Of a stretch of DNA of 57,336 bases, positions 1 through 8,959 are shown piece after piece. Every line of letters starts with the position of its first letter. The stretch's first letter is position 1. Source of the DNA: Candidatus Eiseniibacteriota bacterium (GTDB taxonomy: Bacteria > Joyebacterota > Joyebacteria > Joyebacterales > Joyebacteraceae); contig JAUVLG010000005.1 of assembly GCA_030595835.1 (NCBI GenBank), positions 1 to 57,336 of the forward strand, in the 5' to 3' direction. A model generated the notes under the pieces. It made no database searches. It was not told the origin of the DNA and worked only from the letters and a program-made list of their open reading frames with translations. Made by a program: the position numbers and the translations under genes.

Positions 1-881
1 TCTTCGTGAACCTCATCGCTCCCCACTCGCCCTACAACTCCTCCAGGCAGTTCCGGAACAGCTTCGTCACGCGGCCGGAACTTGGGGTCGACAGCAGTAT
101 GTGGCGACAGTACTACACGGGCCGACGGTCCTTCTCGGCGGACGAGATCCAGCATCTGAACGAGCTCTATGACGAGGAGCTTCTCTACACGGACTATCTC
201 GTCGGTGAGATGATCGATGAACTCGTCGCGCGGGACCTGTGGGACGACACGGTCTTCATCGTTACCTCGGACCACGGGGAGAACATCGGCGACCACGCCC
301 ACATGGACCACGTGTTCGCGCTCTTCGAGACCACGACGAAGATCCCCTTGATCGTCCGCCAACCTGAGCTCTTCCCGGCAGGCACGACGGAGGACGTACC
401 TGTGCAGTTGACCGACATCTTCCCGACCGTGCTCGAGATCGCCGGGGTCGATCTTCGGGATTTTCCGTCGCACGGCTACTCCCTGCTGGGCACGGCGATA
501 CCGAAGGACCGGGAGATCTTCACCGAGTACTACTACCCCACGCAGGTTCTGTCGTGCTACGGGAGAGAAGAACACAGACAGAGCCCTCTGCTGACCAGGT
601 ATCTCCGCCGGATCAGGAGCCTGATAAGCGACGACATGAAGTTCGTCTGGGGCAGCGATGGGAAGCACGAGCTGTACGACCTGGCGCGTGACCCCGGGGA
701 ACTCACGAATCTGATAGACTCGGGAACACATGCTGAGCTGAGCCGTGACATGGAGGACCGACTGACTGACTGGTTCCAGGAACTCGAGCGGGACGGAGGC
801 TCTGAACCGCGGGGAGACGATTCGGAGGACCTGGACGAAGCGACGAAGGAGGCGCTCAGGTCTCTCGGATATCTGGAGTAG
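1..881 (+). CDS. Sulfatase-family (alkaline phosphatase superfamily) hydrolase, C-terminal part; 5' end outside window
   Basis: Motifs PHSPY, YDEELLYTD, IVTSDHGE, H-x4-LFE, PLIV, V-x-LTDIFPTVL, ELYDL-x2-DPGE and the typical LRSLGYLE tail. The catalytic CxPxR motif is not in the window, so the gene is truncated by the window edge. Confidence 0.85.
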   Translation, partial: FVNLIAPHSPYNSSRQFRNSFVTRPELGVDSSMWRQYYTGRRSFSADEIQHLNELYDEELLYTDYLVGEMIDELVARDLWDDTVFIVTSDHGENIGDHAHMDHVFALFETTTKIPLIVRQPELFPAGTTEDVPVQLTDIFPTVLEIAGVDLRDFPSHGYSLLGTAIPKDREIFTEYYYPTQVLSCYGREEHRQSPLLTRYLRRIRSLISDDMKFVWGSDGKHELYDLARDPGELTNLIDSGTHAELSRDMEDRLTDWFQELERDGGSEPRGDDSEDLDEATKEALRSLGYLE

Positions 882-966
882 GTCGAGGGGCTGGAGCCGG
901 CAGATTTCCTGACAGGGGTCCGGATGTCCCGGCGCCCAGGGGATCAGATCAATACGGCGCACCACG

Positions 967-1000
967 AAAAAAAAGGGGACGACCGCAAGGTCGCCCCCTT
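967..1000 (-). terminator. Rho-independent terminator of the lipoprotein gene
   Basis: Minus strand GGGGGCGACC-TTGC-GGTCGTCCCC followed by T8, ~30 nt after the stop at 1028. Confidence 0.85.
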
Positions 1001-1027
1001 CTCTATGCTTCGCTGGAGGAACCGCTA

Positions 1028-1705
1028 CTACCTGAACATATGCTTGAGCCGGCCGTATGAGATGTGCTCGACGTTCGGGTCCTCCTGCGCATCGTTCCCA
1101 CGGGCCCCGGGAGGATCCGGATCGAGATCGAACCACATGTAGATCTCGTACCATATCTCGCCGTTCTCACCGGACTGATCGGTATCCACGCGGAACCAGT
1201 ACTCGGACGGCGCCGTCGCGAGGAGGCTCGTGGTCCCGTAGAGGTTCACCAGGAGATCGACATCCTCCACGTAGATGTAGATGTCGTCCAGGGGGTCGCC
1301 GGGATCGCCCTCATCGTGCTCGATGGTGATGTCCGTCAGGTTGAGTGAGATGCTCTCAACGGCATCGTCACCCGTGAACATCTCGTTGTGCATCGACGCC
1401 TCGTCGCTCTTGTACCACTCATCCGGCATGTCGTTAGTGGGATCCTGCAGATCCGCGGGACTCGGGAAGAAAATGAAATCCTCCGACAGGCAATCGAGGT
1501 ACTCGTCGGCGTTCTTGTAGACGTACGCCGTCTTGAGATTGTGGATCACGTCCTCTGGCGTGAGCCGCTCGTGGTAGTCCGCTGGCGGGATCGGCACCTG
1601 GTCACCTTCATCAGGAGCGAATGGATTCCAGCAGCCACTGAGGGCCAAAGCAAGCGCGGCCAGCAGCATGAGGACCGCCAGCCTTCTGGTGGAAAACACC
1701 GTCAT
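1028..1705 (-). CDS. Uncharacterised acidic lipoprotein (NTF2/SnoaL-like fold suspected), paralog 1
   Basis: ATG at 1705 with GGAGGTGG RBS; signal peptide ending LSG-C lipobox; aligns by eye with 1914..2549; ends VEHISYGRLKHMFR. Confidence 0.75.
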   Translation of the reverse strand: MTVFSTRRLAVLMLLAALALALSGCWNPFAPDEGDQVPIPPADYHERLTPEDVIHNLKTAYVYKNADEYLDCLSEDFIFFPSPADLQDPTNDMPDEWYKSDEASMHNEMFTGDDAVESISLNLTDITIEHDEGDPGDPLDDIYIYVEDVDLLVNLYGTTSLLATAPSEYWFRVDTDQSGENGEIWYEIYMWFDLDPDPPGARGNDAQEDPNVEHISYGRLKHMFR

Positions 1706-1747
1706 CTGATACCACCTCCCGTTGTCTCCCCACTCACACAATGAATG

Positions 1748-1776
1748 ATTATATCAAGAACGTGGGCCCAAGTCAA
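1748..1776 (-). promoter_or_regulatory. Near-consensus sigma-70 promoter for lipoprotein 1
   Basis: Minus strand TTGACT-17 nt-TATAAT with extended -10 TG, ~40 nt upstream of the ATG at 1705. Confidence 0.75.
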
Positions 1777-1865
1777 GAAGGCTGTGAAGCTCCTTCTTGT
1801 GACACCCGTGGCAACAAGGGCCGTAATGGCCCTGCCAATGGGCAGTTCCCAGACCTGGAACAACA

Positions 1866-1882
1866 TGCAAGCACCGTGCCTG
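1866..1882 (-). promoter_or_regulatory. Putative sigma-54 (-24/-12) promoter
   Basis: Minus strand CAGGCACGGTGCTTGCA versus consensus YTGGCACGNNNNTTGCW; correct GG-N10-GC spacing; intergenic. Confidence 0.5.
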
Positions 1883-1913
1883 AGTCCTGCCGCTCGCGGT
1901 CCGCTGGTGGCCT

Positions 1914-2549
1914 CTACTGGCGGTAGTCCCCTCTCAGAACCCCCCAGGTATCGCTTCCGCCGGGATCGGCCGCTCTGCGGTCGACCCACCTGAAGATGGA
2001 CCAAAGCTCGGTATCGTCGCGCTTCAGCCAAAATGTTACCTGACCGCGATACGTCACCGACTCCCCCGGCTGATGGTCACCGGACTGCCAGACGATCGTC
2101 AGCTCGTAGTCCTCGCGACGATAGGTCTCGTCCTCGGTCTCGTCCGGCTCATCCACTGTGGAGAACGATACGTCGATGCCCCCGGTCGACTCCAGGAACA
2201 CCCCGTCGATGTACGTGGCCTCGTCATCTCTCACCCAATTGGCGTAGCGGTCTTCCCCCTCCTGCCCGGCGTCCAGGGAATCCTGCGGGTCGACGAAGAA
2301 TCTGAACCCGCCCTCCTCGGCCGTGGTGAAGCAGTCCATGTAGTTCGAGGTACCCTCGCCGGCCAGCGCCGCCGCGAGATTCGCGAGCACCTTGCCGGTG
2401 TCCGTCGGGGTCACCCACGGGATCTCATTGCCCTCCTCCGGCGCCCCGTCATCGTCGCGGGGGCTGAAGATGCAGCCCGGCACACTTGCGAGAAGCGCGC
2501 CCGCCGCGAGCCAGATCGATGCTGCTCGCACCCATGCAGATACTCGCAC
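1914..2549 (-). CDS. Uncharacterised acidic lipoprotein, paralog 2
   Basis: Probable GTG start at 2549 after GGGAGA; hydrophobic signal ending VPG-C; shares NL..A, Y.DC, F.F, W...DE, W.I..W.D pattern with paralog 1; ends DTWGVLRGDYRQ. Confidence 0.72.
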   Translation of the reverse strand: MRVSAWVRAASIWLAAGALLASVPGCIFSPRDDDGAPEEGNEIPWVTPTDTGKVLANLAAALAGEGTSNYMDCFTTAEEGGFRFFVDPQDSLDAGQEGEDRYANWVRDDEATYIDGVFLESTGGIDVSFSTVDEPDETEDETYRREDYELTIVWQSGDHQPGESVTYRGQVTFWLKRDDTELWSIFRWVDRRAADPGGSDTWGVLRGDYRQ

Positions 2550-2575
2550 CCGCGTCTCCCTGCCACGCGTCGCCA

Positions 2576-4585
2576 CTAGAAGATGCGGTTGATAGTCGCC
2601 GAGATGTTCCATACTTCGCGCTGCCTCTCGCTGATGCTTGTCGCGTTGCGATGAGTTCTCTTGATGGTGACCTTCAGGGTTGTCCCGTCCGGCAGTTCGT
2701 AGTCGGTGCTCGCCTTCCCGACCAGTCTGGTATCGAATTTGTCCCAGACCGGGATCTCACCGTCATCGGTGACCTTCCACTTGTTTTGGACGCTCAGACT
2801 CTGTTTCACTTCAATCGCCACCAGGTCAGCTATCTTGTAGTTCAGAGTGATGCCCAGCTTCTGGTCCTGGCGCTCGCTGTTCCTCCCGTAGCCCTCGACC
2901 CCATACACGTCCTCAATATAGGAACCCTCGTCCTGTCCGCGCCAGGTGTGCTCCAACGCCAGCTCGAGAGCACCAAGCGGCTTCCAGTTGCAGCCAGTCG
3001 TAATGGACATGTTGCGAATGAGGAAGTTCGCGTCGGGGTCGTACTGGTAGAACGTGTAGTCAGCCGAGAGCTGATATCTCTGGCTGGCTCCGAAGCGAGG
3101 CGTGAACGACTTCCTGATGAACGGCTCGACCGAGAACTTCTGCGTCGTCTTGTTGTCCCCGGTACGTGAACGCCTGATATAGATGAGCTGGTTCTCTCTG
3201 ACCTTGACCGCAAGCCCGGTAGTGATGTCTTTCATCATCCTGTAGTTCACGGTGAGGGTCGCCTCTCTGTTGAAGAGGTCTCGGTCCTGGTCGTTGGCTT
3301 CCGCGTCGTCGTAGTGGACCGACAGGAGGCTCATTCTCCCGCGGATGGAGGCGTCGAGTCCCTCCCGGAATGTGCGCGTCAGATTCATCGCCATCGTGCT
3401 GGTGTAGTTGTCGCCCGTCTGGACATCGAAGTAGTCGTTCCTCTTCCGGTCTGAGGTCAGGTTTGCTCGAAAAGACGTCTCACCCGCAGTGTAGGTGATG
3501 TCAGCCGTGACCCCGCGGACCGTGACGTCGCTGTTCCTTGAAGGCTCGATCTTGTAGTACTGCTGGCTACGCGAATAGTTGAACGCGAGCTTCGCGTCGA
3601 GACCCGCGAGCAGCTGGAGATCCGCCGTGATGGCCGTGGATTCGTTGTCGCGCTGCCGAAGCTCGGTCTGCTCCTGCTTGGGGTATTCCTGCGCTCCGGT
3701 GGACCTCTTCACGTCCACGGCGAAGATGTGCGCATGCCAGTTATAGCCGATATGGCTGGATAGATCGTGATTTGTCGACTCGTCCGTGCTCAGGAGATCA
3801 CCCTGCTCCGAGTCGAGCAGTGAGTGGCTTCCATTGTAGGAGAGCGACGAGTTCAAACCCGGAATCGGAGAGTAGTCCAACTTGCCGGTGATGCCCTGTG
3901 TGGCGCCCTTACTCAGGACATCGGTGTATTCGTTCTTCTCTATTCCCGCCGTCGCGCCCAGCGCCACATCGAGACCCGTCATGTAGACCTTGGTGTATGA
4001 CGTGGAGAGCTTGACCGACTCCTTCTCTCGCGCACTACTGGTCTCGTTTGGCTTACCCTCATTCTGTACGTTGAGAACCTTGGTTCTGCGGAACGAGAGA
4101 CCATTGGTGATGGCACTCGTACCGCGCATGGTGAGGCCGGCGGTCCAGGTCTCCTGCCGGTTCAGGCGGTTAGAGGCTTCGTTCGCGCGCGTGCTGATAT
4201 TGGCGGTGGAGTTGAATAATATGCTCCGGCTGACGGGGTAGTTCAGTGTGAAGCCGTTGATCCAGGAGGCAACGTCCTGGTCGCGCTTGTACTCGAGGCG
4301 GTAGGTGGGATGGAACTCCGGGGACCACACGTACCCCTCAGGTAGTTCCTCTTCCCCGTCCTCTCCTTCTCCCTGCTCGCCGGCGCCAGGGTTCTGGAAC
4401 TCCCCCGGGCGGTCGGGAGTGCCCTGATCGCTCTCGCCGTCTTCGCCCTCGGCCGTCTGCTCCTCGCCATCGCCCTGCCCCTCACCGTCACCCTCCTCGT
4501 CGTCGGCCACGGCTGTCGTGACGGCGAGAAGCAGGGCCAGGAGGACCGCGAGGGGTATGAGATATCGCGTCGCTATGCGCGGCAT
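2576..4585 (-). CDS. Large outer-membrane beta-barrel protein of unknown function
   Basis: Sec signal peptide (AVA-D), acidic disordered N-terminus, ~580 aa of alternating amphipathic S/T/Y/N-rich strands, C-terminal WNISATINRIF ending in Phe (beta-signal). Confidence 0.75.
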   Translation of the reverse strand: MPRIATRYLIPLAVLLALLLAVTTAVADDEEGDGEGQGDGEEQTAEGEDGESDQGTPDRPGEFQNPGAGEQGEGEDGEEELPEGYVWSPEFHPTYRLEYKRDQDVASWINGFTLNYPVSRSILFNSTANISTRANEASNRLNRQETWTAGLTMRGTSAITNGLSFRRTKVLNVQNEGKPNETSSAREKESVKLSTSYTKVYMTGLDVALGATAGIEKNEYTDVLSKGATQGITGKLDYSPIPGLNSSLSYNGSHSLLDSEQGDLLSTDESTNHDLSSHIGYNWHAHIFAVDVKRSTGAQEYPKQEQTELRQRDNESTAITADLQLLAGLDAKLAFNYSRSQQYYKIEPSRNSDVTVRGVTADITYTAGETSFRANLTSDRKRNDYFDVQTGDNYTSTMAMNLTRTFREGLDASIRGRMSLLSVHYDDAEANDQDRDLFNREATLTVNYRMMKDITTGLAVKVRENQLIYIRRSRTGDNKTTQKFSVEPFIRKSFTPRFGASQRYQLSADYTFYQYDPDANFLIRNMSITTGCNWKPLGALELALEHTWRGQDEGSYIEDVYGVEGYGRNSERQDQKLGITLNYKIADLVAIEVKQSLSVQNKWKVTDDGEIPVWDKFDTRLVGKASTDYELPDGTTLKVTIKRTHRNATSISERQREVWNISATINRIF

Positions 4586-4653
4586 GATCGGGTCCTTACT
4601 ATCCTGAACATGGGCGCGACGACACGCCCGCGCTACGCGTTCGGAGACGCGAA

Positions 4654-5568
4654 CTACCCGCGATCCCCAGGTCGGCCGTCACCCGCGAGCGCGCGGGCCA
4701 GGCCGTCGAATTCCTCCACCGAGAGCGTCTCGCCTCGGCGGGACAGGGCAATGCCCGTCGACTCCTCGAGCTCCGACGCGGTCACGCCCCGTTCACTCAT
4801 CAGTTTCTGCAGAGACCGACGAAGCATCTTGCGTCGCTTGCCGAACGCGGCGTGAACGACGGTCTCGAACGTATCTGGATCACTCCTGCGCCCAAGGCCC
4901 GCATCGAATACGATCTCGATCACACCGGAGTCCACTTTCGGACGCGGATGGAAGCAGGTGCGCTTCACAGTGAAAAGCCTGCGTACCTGGGCGTGGTACC
5001 GCGTGACCACCGACAGACCCGAGTAGTCCTTCTCACCGGGCTCGGACGCTATTCGCGCGCCCACTTCTGACTGAATCATTAGCAGGCACCGCGTGACGAG
5101 ATCCCGCTCGTCTGTGAGTCGGCGGACGAGTGGGCTCGTGATGTTGTAAGGGATGTTGCCCACAACCACAAGCCCGTTGACACCGTAGCTCTTCGCTACG
5201 CCCGCGAAGTCGAGGTCCAGAATATCGCCGACAACGAGCGTTATGTCCTCACGTTCGCCGTACTCGGCCCTGAAGGCGCCGGCTATGCCCCCGTCAATCT
5301 CCACTGCAACCACATGTCGGGCCGCCTGAGCAAGCCCAAATGTCAATGCGCCGAACCCGGGACCGATCTCTATCACCACGTCGTCGGGCGAAAGCCCCGC
5401 CGCGGACACGACCTTCCTCGTCACGTTCGCGTCGGACAAGAAATTCTGACCCCTCTGTCTGGACGGCGCCAGCCCGTACTTTCCCAGCATCACCGACGGC
5501 GGCGTGGGATCCTCAGCGCCCCGCTTGTCCGACCGGCTGCCCGGCCCGCCGCAGTCGTCATGGCCCAT
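4654..5568 (-). CDS. rsmA: 16S rRNA m6,2A1518/1519 dimethyltransferase KsgA
   Basis: GQNFL, VIEIGPGFGALT, VEID, GNIPYNIT, F-x-PRPKVDS, F-x-KRRKML; ATG overlaps the tatD stop (TGATG). Confidence 0.95.
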   Translation of the reverse strand: MGHDDCGGPGSRSDKRGAEDPTPPSVMLGKYGLAPSRQRGQNFLSDANVTRKVVSAAGLSPDDVVIEIGPGFGALTFGLAQAARHVVAVEIDGGIAGAFRAEYGEREDITLVVGDILDLDFAGVAKSYGVNGLVVVGNIPYNITSPLVRRLTDERDLVTRCLLMIQSEVGARIASEPGEKDYSGLSVVTRYHAQVRRLFTVKRTCFHPRPKVDSGVIEIVFDAGLGRRSDPDTFETVVHAAFGKRRKMLRRSLQKLMSERGVTASELEESTGIALSRRGETLSVEEFDGLARALAGDGRPGDRG

Positions 5569-6965
5569 CAACGTACCCTCAGCGGAACGCCCAGATCGCG
5601 GGCCACTCCTCGCGCGGCCTCGATGTCGATCTCGGGAATGTCAACAACACTGACGCTCACATCCAGGCCGGCCTTCACGCTCTCACGCACGAAGGCCAGT
5701 ACGTGCTCGTAGGCGGCAACACCAAAGCGCGAGCCGCAAACGCGGTTGTAGGTCTCGGCGTCCTGGGCATTCAGACTCACAGACACGGCGTCGACGACGT
5801 CAGCCAGCTCTGGCACGATGTTCCTGTTCCAGATGATGTTGCCCTGGCCGTTGGTGTCCACCCGGACGCGCGCGCCCTGCGCTTTCAACCTCCGTCCCAC
5901 CTCCAGAAGGACATCCAGTCTCATCGTGGGCTCGCCGTACCCGCAGAACACCATCTCGCGATACCGACCTGCGTCGCCGATGGCCGCCATCGTCTCGTCA
6001 ACGGTTGGTTCAGTTCTGAGCTTGAGGTTGTAGCCCCACAGTGTGTCGGTCTGATTCCGTATGCAGAAGCTGCAGTTGTTGGTGCACTGATTGGTGATAT
6101 TAAGATAGAGATTACCCCACATCTCGTACGCAATCGACGGCTCGGCCGTGGGCGGGAGGCCGAAAAGCCGCGTGCTGTTTCCGGTCGTCGCACGCGCCAG
6201 ATCCTCGACCGACATGCCTCGGATCTTGGCTATCCGCTCGGCCACGAGCGTGACGTAGGAAGGTTCGTTGCGGCCGCCGCGGTGGGGCTCCGGTGTCAAC
6301 CAGGGTGCGTCCGTTTCGAGAAGGAGCCGGTCGAGCGGAACCGCCTCTGCCACTCGGGCCAGCCGGCCTCTCGCGGAGTACGTGACCGGGCCCCCTATTC
6401 CGATGTGGAAGCCGAGTTCCACGACACGCTCTGCGTACGCGGCGTCGCCGGGGAAACAGTGCATCACGCCGCCGACCTCGCTCGCTCCCTCGTCCTCGAG
6501 GATAGCCAGACAATCGTCGAGCGCGTCCCTGTTGTGAACGATGAGTGGAAGCAGAAGCTCCCGGGCAAGGCGTATCTGTCTGCGAAACGCCCACTTCTGG
6601 TCGTCCCTCGGCGAGAGGTCGCGGTAGTAGTCAAGTCCGGTCTCACCGACGGCTACGACTTCTGAATGCGACGCAAGTTCGGACAGCTGCGCCAGGAGGT
6701 CGTCAGTAAGGTCGGACGCGCTGTGGGGGTGGAGACCCACCGACGCCCGCATGAACTCGTGTTCCTCCGCGAGTTCGATGGACGCGCGGCTGGTCGCAAG
6801 ATCGAAGCCCACGTTGACCATGAACGCGACTCCGGCGCCCCGGGCCCTTGCGATGACTTCCGGCCTGTCCTTGCGGTAGGCCTTGAGATTGAGGTGGACG
6901 TGCGTGTCCGTCAGAAGTGGAGACCCAGGCTCGCTGTCGGCGCCGCTACGTTCGCTCTGCGACAC
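5568..6965 (-). CDS. tatD: TatD-family nuclease fused to a C-terminal TatD-associated radical SAM domain
   Basis: DTHVH, GLHPH, GETGLDY, HNR, HCF, ETDAP, RNEP; then LYLNITNQCTNNCSFC (CxxxCxxC), FCGYGEP, DTNG, VSLNA. Confidence 0.92.
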   Translation of the reverse strand: MSQSERSGADSEPGSPLLTDTHVHLNLKAYRKDRPEVIARARGAGVAFMVNVGFDLATSRASIELAEEHEFMRASVGLHPHSASDLTDDLLAQLSELASHSEVVAVGETGLDYYRDLSPRDDQKWAFRRQIRLARELLLPLIVHNRDALDDCLAILEDEGASEVGGVMHCFPGDAAYAERVVELGFHIGIGGPVTYSARGRLARVAEAVPLDRLLLETDAPWLTPEPHRGGRNEPSYVTLVAERIAKIRGMSVEDLARATTGNSTRLFGLPPTAEPSIAYEMWGNLYLNITNQCTNNCSFCIRNQTDTLWGYNLKLRTEPTVDETMAAIGDAGRYREMVFCGYGEPTMRLDVLLEVGRRLKAQGARVRVDTNGQGNIIWNRNIVPELADVVDAVSVSLNAQDAETYNRVCGSRFGVAAYEHVLAFVRESVKAGLDVSVSVVDIPEIDIEAARGVARDLGVPLRVR

Positions 6966-8959
6966 TAGCTGACCCTGGTTCCCGGAGGTAGCTCCTTGTC
7001 GGGACCGACAAGGGAGATACCGCCGTCCCCAACGGCCGCGAGCAGCATGGCCTGGGATTCGATTCCGCGTATCTTGGCGGGTTCGAGGTTCGCCACGACG
7101 ACGATCGTCTTACCGATCAGCTCTTCGGCAGCGTAGCCTTCCGCTATCCCGGCGACCATCTGCCGCTGATCCCCGTCACCAAGGTCAACGGTCATGCGGA
7201 TGAGCTTGGTCGTTCCCTCCACCTTCGCGGCATCGATGATGCGCGCCAGTCTGAGGTCCAGCTCCTTGAGCCTATCAAAGGACAGCATTCTCTGGTCGCC
7301 CTCCTTCTCGGTGGCTTCGGTTTCTGCGATGTCCGTCTTCGGGGTGCCTGTCGTGGCGGCTCCCGCGCCTGATGTTTGCGCGCCGGCCGCCGCTTCGCCG
7401 CCCCCCGTGATATCAAACTTGAGCGCCAGTTCCTCGTCGGAGTACTTCGGGAAGACCGCCGCGGGTTTCTGTACCTCGATCCTGTCCGGCCAGCCGGCGC
7501 CCCACTGCAGGAGGTTGTCGAGCGTGACCTCCCCGGGAGTCAGCGTGAGCCCGAGCGACTCCAGTATCTCCTCGCTCTTGCTCGGGATGACCGGCCACGC
7601 GAGTACCGCGACCTGCCGTATCGCCTCAAGCACCGAGAAGAGAACACCGGGGATGCGCTCGGGGTTTTCCTTCGCCAGAACCCACGGCTTCTCTTCCTCT
7701 ATGAACGCGTTCGCTCTTCTCACCAGTTCCCAGATGGCCGCCAGCGCCGCCTGCGGCGCGTAGCCGTCCATCGCCGCGACCACCGCCGCGCGTGTCGTCT
7801 CAGAAAGCGCGGCGAGTCCGCCGGCCGTTGCCGCATCTCGGGCCGCCGCGCCCTCGATCGTCCCGCCGAGGAACTTCCCCACCATGGCGGTCGCCCTGGA
7901 CACGAGGTTTCCGAGGTCGTTCGCCAGTTCGGAATCGTAGCGCGTGCGGAAGTGCTCCCACGTAAAGTCCACGTCGCGCCCATAGGTGCCTTCCCGCATA
8001 AGGAAGTACCTGAGAGCCGAGGGACCGAAGACGTCCGCCGCCTCCAGCGGGTCCACAACTACGCCGCGGCTCTTCGAGAGCTTCTGCCCTTTGAAGTAGA
8101 CGAAGCCATGTCCATAGATGGTCTTGGGGAGCGGGATGCCCGCGCTCATCAACATCGCGGGCCATATGACGCAGTGGAAGCGCGTGACGTCCTTCCCTAT
8201 CACGTGCACGTCCGCCGGCCACCACTTCCCGAACCGCTCATCGTCGTACCCGTAGCCGGCGCCGGTGGCGTAGTTCGTCAGCGCATCCACCCACACGTAT
8301 ATGACCTGAGACTCGTCCATCGGAAACGGGACGCCCCAGTCCGTGCCCGCGCGCGTAACACAGGTATCCTCGAGCCCGCCCTTTATCAACTGGACGATCT
8401 CGTTCCGTCGCGACGAAGGCAGGATGAACTCCGGGTTCCGTTCGATGTGCTCGAGAAGCCGGTCAGCATAGCTCGAGAGCCGGAAGAAGTAGTTCTCCTC
8501 CTTGATCCACGCGGGTTTAGTGCCGTGCGTCGGGCAGTTGCCGTCTACAAGATCCTTCTCCTGAAGGAACGCCTCGCAGGACTCGCAGTAGTGCCCCTCA
8601 TAGTGCCCCTTGTAGATGTCACCCTTGATGGCTTCAAAGAGCTTCTTCAGACCGACGACGTGGTCGCGCTCGGTCGTCCTGATGAACCGGTCGAACCTGA
8701 TCTCGAGCTTCTCCCACACCCGCCGGAATACGGTCTCCATCTCATCGCAGTACGCGAGCGGGTCTGTACCCTTCGCTTTCGCTGAGCGAAGCACGTTCAG
8801 GCTGTGCTCGTCCGAGCCCATCTGGAAGTAGACGTCGTCCCCCATGAGTCGCCGAAAACGGGCGAACACGTCCGCCGAGATCTTCTCGTACGCAGTCCCG
8901 ATGTGCGGCGGACTGTTGACGTAATCTATGGCCGTGGTGATGTAGTACTTACCCGGCAT
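6965..8959 (-). CDS. metG: Methionine--tRNA ligase with C-terminal tRNA-binding (Trbp111/EMAP-like) domain
   Basis: YITTAIDYVN-x-PHIGT, Zn knuckle CESC...CPTH, YVWVDAL, GKDV-x-RFH, KLSKS, LANDLGNL; C-terminal VANLEPAKIRGIESQAM. Confidence 0.96.
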   Translation of the reverse strand: MPGKYYITTAIDYVNSPPHIGTAYEKISADVFARFRRLMGDDVYFQMGSDEHSLNVLRSAKAKGTDPLAYCDEMETVFRRVWEKLEIRFDRFIRTTERDHVVGLKKLFEAIKGDIYKGHYEGHYCESCEAFLQEKDLVDGNCPTHGTKPAWIKEENYFFRLSSYADRLLEHIERNPEFILPSSRRNEIVQLIKGGLEDTCVTRAGTDWGVPFPMDESQVIYVWVDALTNYATGAGYGYDDERFGKWWPADVHVIGKDVTRFHCVIWPAMLMSAGIPLPKTIYGHGFVYFKGQKLSKSRGVVVDPLEAADVFGPSALRYFLMREGTYGRDVDFTWEHFRTRYDSELANDLGNLVSRATAMVGKFLGGTIEGAAARDAATAGGLAALSETTRAAVVAAMDGYAPQAALAAIWELVRRANAFIEEEKPWVLAKENPERIPGVLFSVLEAIRQVAVLAWPVIPSKSEEILESLGLTLTPGEVTLDNLLQWGAGWPDRIEVQKPAAVFPKYSDEELALKFDITGGGEAAAGAQTSGAGAATTGTPKTDIAETEATEKEGDQRMLSFDRLKELDLRLARIIDAAKVEGTTKLIRMTVDLGDGDQRQMVAGIAEGYAAEELIGKTIVVVANLEPAKIRGIESQAMLLAAVGDGGISLVGPDKELPPGTRVS

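Noticed and set aside
7290-7410. Ala/Gly/Thr-rich insert in MetG as a possible intein or separate gene boundary
   Set aside because: No intein motifs and no stop; it is the linker before the tRNA-binding domain.
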